Of a stretch of DNA of 64,000 bases, positions 25,010-37,000 are shown one piece after another (positions within the stretch are counted from its first letter, which is position 1; the number at the start of each line of letters is the position of its first letter). The translations under genes were made by a program, and so were the position numbers. Under the pieces are notes generated by a model, which saw only the letters and a list, made by a program, of their open reading frames with translations, did not search any database and was not told the origin of the DNA. Source of the stretch: Asterias rubens (taxonomy: Eukaryota); contig NC_047080.1 in the NCBI RefSeq assembly GCF_902459465.1, positions 12,214,001-12,278,000 of the forward strand, given 5' to 3'.

Positions 25010-28000
25010 CTAGGATCGATTCTTTCTATTTGATCCATTCTTCGGTTGGTTTTCTTGGGCATTGGGATCGAAACACAAGGATTCGACATCGATGTCTCTG
25101 TCGTCTTTGGTCGTGAAGACCTCTCCAGTCTCCGTAGTGGAGGCACAGCAGTCACCACCATCCCAGTTGCAGTAAGCTCGATTGTTGACTCGCTGACATA
25201 TACCGTTTGCAATGTGCGTCTACAGAAACAAAAACAAGTAAACACCAATGAAATTCAAAATAAAATTCCTTAAAAAGTGTGACATTCATGCTTCATTGTT
25301 TATGGTTTGACTTGGGTAATAACCAATGAAATTCAAAAACCCCTCAAAGCAATTTGGACAATATAATGTCATGCTTCATTGAAAACTATCTGACATAGTT
25401 TTGTGCGTGTACAGAAACAAAAACGAGTAAAAATAACAAATAAATTCAAATAAATCCCTTAAAAAAACTGGACATGTCATGCTTCATTGAAAAAGGTCCG
25501 ACTTGGGCAACAACTGTTACTTTGACGGAACTGTCGTATAAATTGCAAAAAAAAACCTGGACAACTGTAAAAATCAGTCTTGTTTATTTCAATAAGTAAC
25601 AGAGAGTTCCCTGGTATCCTCTCTCACCTCAATACATCCTTCTACACAAGTGATCCTTCTTGGATCTGGGAACCACTGACGCTGAGCGGTGCATATGATC
25701 ACATGATCTCTCTGCCAATCAGCGTTTCTCGCAAACGTGGTTGATGAGTTTGTGGCCAATAGAGCTGGTTCGTTGTCTGACAGACCGTACAGGTCGGGAC
25801 AAACAGCTGTGCAGTGTGAACCTGAAGAATAGAAATTGGATTTTTATTTCATGTTCATATTTTATTAGAAAAGTTTGAAGCTGAATTGCATGGTTATTAC
25901 AAGGGAATACTAGAAGATAATACAATAGAAATAAACAATGGCTTTGATCGGATTGAATGGAAGATACAGAAAATGTCACTCACCCACAGCGAATCCATTA
26001 TCACATCTAAGCTCAACGTTCTTGTTACTCTCTGGTTGGGGTGGATCACATGATCCTTGTAAGGACCTGCAAATGGTGAAGTTGCCGTCCCACACACCCC
26101 TGCTTGGATCACGAGTGTCTTGAATGCATCGAATGGTATTCACCACCTGCAGAGAGAGATTGGAACATTTACTACTTGCATAGACCATAGACAATTTTCA
26201 TTCTATTTCATTTATTAACTTCTTCTTGTAAAGCCATGAACAATCAGACAAGTGAAATTAATCACCACACTAGCCAAGAACCCCATGAAGAGAAGATACG
26301 GAAGGAAGTTTCAGTTTTAGATATGGGAGAAAAACCCCAGAGAATTATTCCTAGGAAAACCCACGCACTCAAGTAGGGACTGAAAACCCAATCCACATAG
26401 TGCCCCTGGTGGGATTTGAACCGGGGTCCCAGAGGTAAAAGGCGAGGAAAGCTACCCCAATCCACATAGTGCCCCTGGTGGGATTTGAACCGGGGTCCCA
26501 GAGGTAAAAGGCGAGGAAAGCTACCCCTACATATATTTTGAGGTGCAAACAAAAAACTTATAAAGCAAAAACAAGTTACCAGCCAAAACGTAGTCACAGA
26601 ATGTATATGGTTGAGAGTGGTATCTTTCATACTTTTGCTTTGCAAATTTGTTTCGCAAGTTCTAGCCAAGTGGTTTACTGAAAAGGAGACCAAACTATGT
26701 ATTATCATGGTAAGTGGCTTGTCTGGTACAGGAAATGGCGCCACCAAAATTTGTGAAATCGACACCAGGGCTGTCAAGTTCACCTCTAATTCCAGTCCAC
26801 TATTGGAGTCATCACATCTCAGCCTGCACTCACTGTTGAAGTTAAGGCCATCCGTACACGTGTACATATTATTGAAGATGATTGGTGGACGTGGGCAGGT
26901 CACAGGGTCACACGTTGGCCCGGACCATGTTGCATCTTCCGTGCATCTGTACTTCAGGCGCTGGGCCCTCCGTCGGCTTCCGTAAGAAAAATGAAAAAGG
27001 GAAATAGTTTAGAGATTGTATTCTGTCTTTTGGGAATAATAATTATATCTTATCTTCATTTATTTATTTTACTACACAAGACAACTTATATTGCATGGTC
27101 AGGCATCAATATTATTTGGATTGCGGTAACCCAATGTGTGTGTCTACTTGCTAAGTAGATTTTCTTAATTAAAACCTGTCTTTTTTTGTAGGACAGTTCT
27201 TTTCAGAACTGAGAAGCGTTCTGACAATTTCAAAACTTGCACGGAACGGAAATGCTTTTTAGGCGATACAACCTTTTTGCACTGACACAAAACCATGTCG
27301 ACTAAAATGCTTACAATTATCTTGATTGATTTTTACCCTTTACTTGACTGTGCAGCTACGTGGTATCCAGCATCACATCGATATTTGCAGATGGTGTCGA
27401 TGGTGTGGCTGCCCATTTGGCACTGCTGACTGGCCAGCATAGCGTTAGGGATTATAGGCGGTGCGTCACACAACAGCTGACAAAAAGCTTCTGGTAACGA
27501 GTAGAGCCCGTCGGCCATGCAGGTAATTGTTTGGATGGTGCCTAGTAGAGAATAAACAAAATAATTGTAAAAAACAATAATAATATTCCCATGGGACGTA
27601 TGAATCTGAATGGAAACATCATTGAAATTTGTTATAGGGAAGACTATGAAGAAATTTCAGTTTCAGTCGACGTTGTAGGAAAACCCCTATAGGGAAAACC
27701 CGGGCAGCCAGGTTGGGACTGAACAACCCACTCCACATGCCAACCTAATTGCCCACATCATTTTAATCTTCCCCACCACTCACTTTCTGACACAGGTTGC
27801 AGGGCATTAAGGCACTATAGGTCACACAAAAACACTGTACAACTGTACATGTATGTCTGAGTAGGGAGAAACAGTGGTTAAGGCGCCTCAAGACCATACA
27901 ACCCCATGGTCTGAACATCAAAGAAGACAATTATAATAACAGAAATGTCTTTGGCTTCCCCTTTTTACTTGGTTCTTTTGGTTGCATCAAGCTTTTCTAC

Positions 28001-31000
28001 CCGCTATTTAAACAAAATTTACCTTGCATCTTTGCAGGTGGTACACACTTGAGTTTACACTGCTTGCCGTAGGTTTTACCAAGAGGGCAAACGATCTCAG
28101 CGTATGGTAACGATGGCTCACCACAGTCAACTGCCTTACATATCATGTCTGGTCCCCTCCACTCACTATTGATGCAAATCATCTGCAGAATCAGATAAGA
28201 AAGGTAACATGGTTTGTGCTAGGAATTCGATCAATTATGCTCTTTTTTTAGTTAAAGATTTTGGGTAAATTTTTAGGGCCACTTAACAATTTCCAAATAA
28301 GTTAATTTGAACTTTGAATTTCTAAAAGTGAGTTTTGGTGATTTAACTTTCTTGATATACTTTTATTGATATCTAAGATGGGGGATTTCAGACTAAAAAT
28401 CTTGCAGGATGCTGACAACCATTCTTACACCTTTATAACAAGTAAAATTTCGGATAAAATAATATACAATTTTTGTCTCTGTCTTCACCAAAGTATGACA
28501 AAGTATTTAAGCCTTTGAACTTCACTCTTGAAAATGCACATTAATTAATTATTCTCTGGTAAGAAGCACTTCTATGAGTAAAATGTTTGTATTGGAACTT
28601 TGCGGAGGGCACAACAGCAAACTCACAGGTCACCCTTGCAAGCTATTTTGAGGCCTGCAGTTCATTTAAAGACACTGGACACTATTGGTATAAAGTAAAT
28701 GTCAAAGGCCAGTCTTCTCACTTGGTGTATCTCAACATATGCATAAAATAACAAACCTGTGAAAATTTGAGCTTAATTGGTCGCTGAAGTTGCGAGATAA
28801 TAATGAAAGAAAAAACACCATTGTCACATGAAGTTGTGTGGTTTCAGATGCTTGATTTCGGGACCTCAAAATCAAATTCTGAGTTCTCGAAATCAAATTC
28901 ATGGAAAATGACTTCTTTCTCGAAAACTACGTTACTTCAGAGGGAGCCGTTTCTCACAACGTTTTGTACTATCAACAGCTTCCCATTACTCGTTACCAAG
29001 TAAGGTTTTGTGCTAATAATTATTTTGAGTAATTACCAATAGTGTCCACTGCCTTTAAGACTCTTAAACCTGAAACAAAAGTTCTTCCTTTGCCTCACCT
29101 CTGCCTCTGTCATGACTCCTCCAGTCCGATATCCTTCTTTACATCTCACCGTACATGTCTCACCATCTTGAAGACCAGAGCAGTTGACCACAGCATGAGG
29201 CACGGTCAGCATCTCACATTCCGTCCATGTACACATGTAGGACACACATTGACCAGTGGCTGGATTGAACAACTCACCGGAACGGCAGGATGACACCACT
29301 ACCGGATCAAGAGTCTTACTGGATCGTAATCGGACGGCGGAAATGGCAATGACGTCAGTCATGCTTATCAACACCTATTCCGTGAACAGTAATAATATGT
29401 ACAATGTCTTTAGGAGCGATATTTTACAACTATATTCATTTTTAAAATAATGTATACAAAAGATTCAGAAATTAATCCTCATCATTAGCTGGGCTTTCTG
29501 ATGATATAAAACTCAAGAAGTAACTATACATTTTTGGAGGAGTGTTGGCTCCGAGAAGAGCCAGTTTGGTCTCTGCGATTTGACCCTCCTTCTTTGTGTT
29601 TGTCTCTTCGGACAACTCTGCGTAAAGACATCCTGATTTGGTAGACTGGTGGGGAGCATGCGGAGCAATTAAAACGAATCCAAGTCGTTATTTGACAATT
29701 ATTGTTTACCTCTTTGGTGTGAAAGAATGGCAGGTTTAAATCATGAGTCATGACAAACTGCACTGGATTCTCATTGCATAGTGCTGCAAGACTGACGAGA
29801 GGCTGGTCATGGATCTCTCCATTTAGTCCAATCAGCTTTAGTGATATCATGGATGGGAAGTAGCCAGGGTAAGGATCTCCATCAGACGAAAGGTGAACAA
29901 ACACAGAGGTAGCAACGACAGCTTTGGAAAACCTTGCCTGGCAATTATAAGTTAAACAATTTTTCATTATAAAAGAAAGAAGGCAACATTAGATTTCAAC
30001 ATTGTTGCAAAACCACGGCCAAGCATTTCAGGATTTAAAGGGTTTGATATTTCTCTTTCAAATGGTTGCAAGCTTTGGTATGGAGGTTGAAAAAAGACAA
30101 AACTACAGCTTTAATAAACAAATGTCGCATGGGCTCAGGCGTGTGTTGTTCTGTGTGTGTTATCTGGGGCGACTTCATTGGGGCTCAAACAGGGTACAAT
30201 GCTCAGTCTCTGGGCTCAAACAGGGTACAGCCGGCAAAGGGCTGAAATGGTTCAACTGGGAAGGTGGGTATATTTAAATACTTCAAACTTGTTGGTACCA
30301 AAGCAAGCAAACGGAAAGACGCTCAGACCTTTCTTACCTTAATCCAGTAATTTACATCATGAAAGTACATATCAATCGGGTACCATCCATGCCCAGTCTC
30401 AACCTCCTTCACACATGTTGAGGTGCTTGGGGGACCAACGAGTGCCGACACTGGGTTCTCTTTGGTCTGATGGTCAGGGTTTGCAACAGCACTCTCTGCC
30501 CATTGGTCGATGAAGTCGTCTGGCACTGGGTACTGATCATTGGTGTTATCGGTGGAACCGGTGTTGCCCACAGAAAAAGTATGACTGCAAAGACTTGATA
30601 ATCCTGAGGGAAAAAGTCATGTTTATCACAGTCCACATTTTACAACAAACGTTGACTATCACTAACAGCTACAATTCTTGCTAAAAGTTTGACTCCCACC
30701 AACAAATGGTGGCAATAGTATACACACATTTTGTGGAGGTTCGTTGTGCAAAGGGACAATTGATACAAAATCTACTGATTGGACGGGATTCCAAAGAAGT
30801 TGAAGTTTAAAGAAGTAGCTGAGATATCCCAAGATATCTTACCCTTGCATGTGAAGGAGTTTTCGACCTGACATTCTTGGCTACATCCATCACCATCTAA
30901 GATGTTACCATCATCGCATTCCTCGTTAATAGTGCTGTTCAGAAAATAATAAAATCAGTCAACAATTTTGTCACAAGTACATTATAATAACAAGATGAGG

Positions 31001-34000
31001 GGGAAACAAAAATAAAGCAAGAAAATGTTGTCTCAATACCTTTCTTTGAGACCATTGCCACAGAATTCTTGGCCGAAACGACGCTGTAATGGCGATGTGA
31101 AATCCCCATACTCATCACCCCGGAAAGCTTGCACCTTGTAGGAGTATATAACATCATCGCTGACGACACTTAAAACGAGACAAAAGACAACATTTTTGCA
31201 ATTTATAATTAAATTTATGACAAAATGTTTCCCTACGATTAAAAATAAACAAAAATAAAATAAATACAAATAGATAAATAAAAAACAAATAAATAACCAC
31301 AAGGTATAAAAATAATTATGGAAAAAACAAAAAACAAAAACCTGTTTTCAACTTTTACATTCTTAGCCCCGCCCACCAGATCCGACCACTCCCATCTACC
31401 GCTCACCATTTTTAGTGAGGAGAGTGAGCCAACAACCTCCACAGTTATTGTTATAATTCTAAGAAACGTGTGTGTAAAGTTTCCTTCTATATCACTCAGT
31501 AAGGCACAGTAACACCCCTGACCTTAAAGCAAGAAGCCTTTTCAGAAAAAAGTATGTCAGTTTTACTTACCCATCATCAGTAAAAGTTGTGGTGCGAGAA
31601 ACTCTGCTGATTTCACCTCCAGAAAACGGTGGATCTCTAACCACCTTGTAGTTGAGGGGTTTACAGCTAACACAGGCAGACCAGTCAGCTATCGACACCA
31701 ACTGCACGGCATCTAAATTAAAGTACTCCCCAGGGTACAGGCGGATAGCCTGGACTTTCTTGCCAATGTGAGTCAGGCGCATTGTGTACGGCATATCACA
31801 GAAGATCTCGATTGGGCCCATGGATTCCAAGCTACCATCACGGTACTCAAGTTCCAGGTTGCGCACGCCCCCAGCGGTGTTGTAGTTTGCCCAGATGATG
31901 AGTTTACTGGGGGCGACGGCTGTTTTGAATTCTAGACGCAGGTAACACTCATCGCAGACAGTCTTCGTTCCACCTATCCAAGATTTGCGACTATATTCGC
32001 ATTTAATTCCAGCATCTGGCGGACCTGTTAAAGTTTTTATCAAAAATTGAGTAAATTCTTGAATTTATTTCAAGCACATCATCAAGGGTTTGCTCACCCT
32101 AAGGCTTGTTTCTCGATGGAGGTAGGATTCCATGGTTTATCTAATCACGGAAGCAGTTTATTATGGCGAAATGCTGTACACAGTCTTTGAATCTGAATAG
32201 AAAGCATCCCAATGGAAACATCACTCAAACTTTTTGTAGAGACGACAATGAAGAAGTTTAGACGTGGGAGGAAAAACCAACGCAATTAAAAACCCCAATT
32301 AACATGCAAGGCTCTGGTCCGGGTATCGAACCGGGATCCACAGAGGTGAAAGGCAAGGACAGAAATCCACTGAGCCAACCTGACTGCCAAAATTGTTTGA
32401 TTTAGTGCTTTACTTCAAAGGATTTATGGTGAATAGAGCTTGCTAAACTATAGTGGCAGGTTTTGACACAGCTGATTGTCAAAATTCGTCATTTTGTCCC
32501 TATATCTCGTCTGAGCATGCACCCTCCTTTACATTCAGTGTATGAGAGACACACACTAAGACCCATGCAACAGTTGGGCTACCTTTGAGCAATAAGCTTT
32601 TAATATCAACAAAACAAATCTATATCGAACAAAATGAGGTAAATTCAAAGAACTGCTTTGAGATACGGGCACATCAACCCCGATTATTTACAATGTTTCG
32701 ACTAGAATGATGATCAAGCCGTCATAAGAACACTTCGAAATAACTTTTTCGTTAAAAGGCCTGTACACCCTCGGTGGTTGTCAAAGACCTGCGTTAAGTT
32801 TTTATGCTAACAATTATTTTGAGTAATTACCAATAGTTACCAGCATGACAAGTATGTTATGGTTTAGCTAACCTGTTGCTTCGTCTAGGGACGGATACCT
32901 CGGTAGCATCTTAACCGACTCAGGGTAGAATTGAACCAAGCTGGCATACTGTGTTAACTGCCCCATCTCAGTACATTCCAGACATGTATTGTCCTCTCGG
33001 TCACCATGTCCGAACCTCGACATTGGAGGCAGCCATGAGAGGGTGACGGCTCGCCCGCGTTCAGACACCACTCGCGGGCCAAGTGGGATGCCGATTTTGG
33101 GTCGGGTTGGTACGGATGGGTCCTGGTGGAGCCATGATTGGTAGACCAGGTCAATGTAGCAGTGCATACGGGTGCCTTGCTGGGCCGTGAAGTGGTCCGT
33201 ACATTCGGCATCTTGGGTATAGCAGAGGGGGGGGGGGGAGGAACAATCAAACAATGACAAATCCTATATATGTAAACTAGTCCAAGTATTCTTCAAATAT
33301 ACATTGCACTCGGCATATTTTTTAGGTATCGCAGATGGGGGAGAACGGTCAAAACAAAATCCTAACATGTAAATCAGCCAAAGTATGTATCCAAACGGTA
33401 AACTCATAAATACATAAGACATTTCAGCTTTGGAGGAAAAACCCACGCCGCCAGGTAGAGACTTAAAAAAAACAATCCACATGCAAGGCTCCGATCCGCT
33501 TGGCAACCTTAATGGTGTTATTGTTAAACAATTATTCAATTAATAAATGCATGGGCTTTTTGGATAGTGGCATTTCCTTGCTTTTACCAGTTGTTAGCTT
33601 TTTATTTTGTTATGCGCTTGTGTTTATGATGGACGCAATATACCTAAATAAATTACTATTATTATTATTATAAAAAATAGGTTATACAAAATCGATATCC
33701 TCTATTCGGTTTCCGTGTTATAACTCACACTTCCTGTTACTAATTGGCAAGAGGGCCAGACACCCTATTCGTGTCAGGGACCAATGAACAGCGACCTCCT
33801 TGTCTATCACCAAAACACAAACCACTAAAATAGTTAGGTAAAGAACACTACAGTGGAATGAGTTTAGGAGTTTATCGATGAGACAGTAATTTAGAGGCGT
33901 CAGTGTGCCAGGATTCAGGGATATGTGTAATGGAGGCGTCACTTTTCATGTTCAGTTATGGACTCGTGTTTTGATTTCTGGTCTTCATGCATTGTGATTA

Positions 34001-37000
34001 CTGAACACAGGTTGCCTTTCTAACCATATATGCATTTTATAACAAACGGTGACAAACGCTTTTCAAAGACCAACTCGTCCGATCCAAGGCAGCGTGTTCC
34101 GTTAACATTCTAACCATATTTCTCTGAAAGCATGCTCACTGTTTGTTTATGTTTTCCTGTTACCTGTTTGTCTTGTCTCCATGTTTGTAGTTTGTCTGCT
34201 TATAGGCTTTCTTCTACAAGCCTTGGCTTACATTAATATGAAAGCCTCACACTCTTCATATTAATTTGGTTACATAGATTAACTATTTTCCCTCCATTCT
34301 CTGTGCTTATTATTTTACTTATCTATGTAAATAAGTGTTGATGTTTAATTTTAGAAGTCAGAGTATTATAAAATAAATGCTGACTTTATGAATTGAATAA
34401 TAAAGGTCTGAAAAGAAGCAACTGATAAGTGTCGTTTATGTACCTGTGTAGCTCATGAAGTTCCTGTATGGAGTGTCAGTAAACTCAGCCTCACCGAAAC
34501 AGGCTGGAAGCTCACATGTTGTTGGGTCTCTGAAACAAGGAAACCAATAATAGGATCATGTCACACGAGGCAATTTACAGGCAACCTCCAAGAATACAAT
34601 TCATTCGCAGTTGAATGTTCACATTCTCTGTGAGTTCGTAATTAAGACATTGTTTGAAAAAGGCTCATGTGCTATCAAAGTGGTCCACTGCTGTAAGCAT
34701 GCACTGCAGTTTAACGCCTCCAAGTTTACTGTAAAAGTTGCATTTTGTGACAGGGCCCTCGGAACAGTGTAATCTACGTGTTTGAAGCCCGGTTCATACT
34801 TCCCGCGAATGCGATAGAAATTTTGACGTCACAAATTCGCAACGAAAAAATCGCATCAGTTGAAAATGTGCTCAACTCCTGTGAAACATTCGCAGCGAAA
34901 ACAGGGCTGTGACAAGAAGTATGCGGGCTAGAGTTTGATGACATACTTCGTATTTGACTATAACTGACCTACAGAACGCATTTTCAGGTGTGGGGTTGGT
35001 ATCAGCCACCAGGTCGCCCAGTACCCCGGACGCCCGATGCTCCCTGCAGTCATCAACGCACTCCATACCCTGGTGGACGTGCCAAAGCCCAAGGTTGTGA
35101 CCGAGTTCGTGCACGATCGTCTCGGCCGATGTTTCGGTGAAACTGCAGGCGTCTGCTTGGAGGACAGTTCCCCCTGGACAGAATGGACACATTTTGGAAC
35201 ATAATCAAATTCAATTCGACTCCTTTTTAAACCTGAAATTTCCCGTATTAATGATTTCACAAAGAGCTAAGATTGATCTTAGCTGCAAATCAATCGTAGT
35301 TGCTTAGTAAAGTATGATGTTACAGTACACATCGCTATGGTAATACTGACAATTTTGTCTTCCGATGGATGAACTTTATTGCTTTGTGAAATAGGCCCCT
35401 GGACTATGTTTAGTTTATAAATTGGGCCTTAAATTCCGTTAATTGCTTGACTCACCGAAGAGCCCATGGACATCCATCTCCCAAGGCATCGTAGCAATTC
35501 CTTCAATATCAGGATCAGAAAAGTTGACAAAGTAGACATTAAGATGGGAATCTGACTCCATTGCTACTGTGCCCTTCAGCTCTCCCAATGTAAGATAGTT
35601 CCTGTTAATATTTGATACAAAAATGACAACAAGAGGTTGATACAAGCATGAAATTTTGCACATAGAGTCACGAGTAAGATATTGTGCTTGTAAGACCATT
35701 GCAGACATAGAGTCACGAGTAAGATATTGTGCTTGTAAGACCATTGCAGACATAGAGTCACGAGTAAGATATTGTGCTTGTAAGACCATTGCAGACATAG
35801 AGTCACGAGTAAGATATTGTGCTTGTAAGACCATTGCAGACATAGAGTCACGAGTAAGATATTGTGCTTGTAAGACCATTGCAGACATAGAGTCACGAGT
35901 AAGATATTGTGCTTGTAAGACCATTGCAGACATAGAGTCACGAGTAAGATATTGTGCTTGTAAGACCATTGCAGACATAGAGTCACGAGTAAGATATTGT
36001 GCTTGTAAGACCATTGCAGACATAGAGTCACGAGTAAGATATTGTGCTTGTAAGACCATTGCAGACATAGAGTCACGAGTAAGATATTGTGCTTGTAAGA
36101 CCATTGCAGACATAGAGTCACGAGTAAGATATTGTGCTTGTAAGACCATTGCAGACATAGAGTCACGAGTAAGATATTGTGCTTGTAAGACCATTGCAGA
36201 CATAGAGTCACGAGTAAGATATTGTGCTTGTAAGACCATTGCAGACATAGAGTCACGAGTAAGATATTGTGCTTGTAAGACCATTGCAGACATAGAGTCA
36301 CGAGTAAGATATTGTGCTTGTAAGACCATTGCAGACATAGAGTCACGAGTAAGATATTGTGCTTGTAAGACCATTGCAGACATAGAGTCACGAGTAAGAT
36401 ATTGTGCTTGTAAGACCATTGCAGACATAGAGTCACGAGTAAGATATTGTGCTTGTAAGACCATTGCAGACATAGAGTCACGAGTAAGATATTGTGCTTG
36501 TAAGACCATTGCAGACATAGAGTCACGAGTAAGATATTGTGCTTGTAAGACCATTGCAGACATAGAGTCACGAGTAAGATATTGTGCTTGTAAGACCATT
36601 GCAGACATAGAGTCACGAGTAAGATATTGTGCTTGTAAGACCATTGCAGACATAGAGTCACGAGTAAGATATTGTGCTTGTAAGACCATTGCAGACATAG
36701 AGTCACGAGTAAGATATTGTGCTTGTAAGACCATTGCAGACATAGAGTCACGAGTAAGATATTGTGCTTGTAAGACCATTGCAGACATAGAGTCACGAGT
36801 AAGATATTGTGCTTGTAAGACCATTGCAGACATAGAGTCACGAGTAAGATATTGTGCTTGTAAGACCATTGCAGACATAGAGTCACGAGTAAGATATTGT
36901 GCTTGTAAGACCATTGCAGACATAGAGTCACGAGTAAGATATTGTGCTTGTAAGACCATTGCAGACATAGAGTCACGAGTAAGATATTGTGCTTGTAAGA

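Noticed and set aside
24976-25248. Listed 90-aa ORF as the PAPPA last exon
   Set aside because: Wrong frame. The phase-0 frame from the 25219 acceptor gives the LNR3 module (CNWDGGDCC) and stops at 25010.
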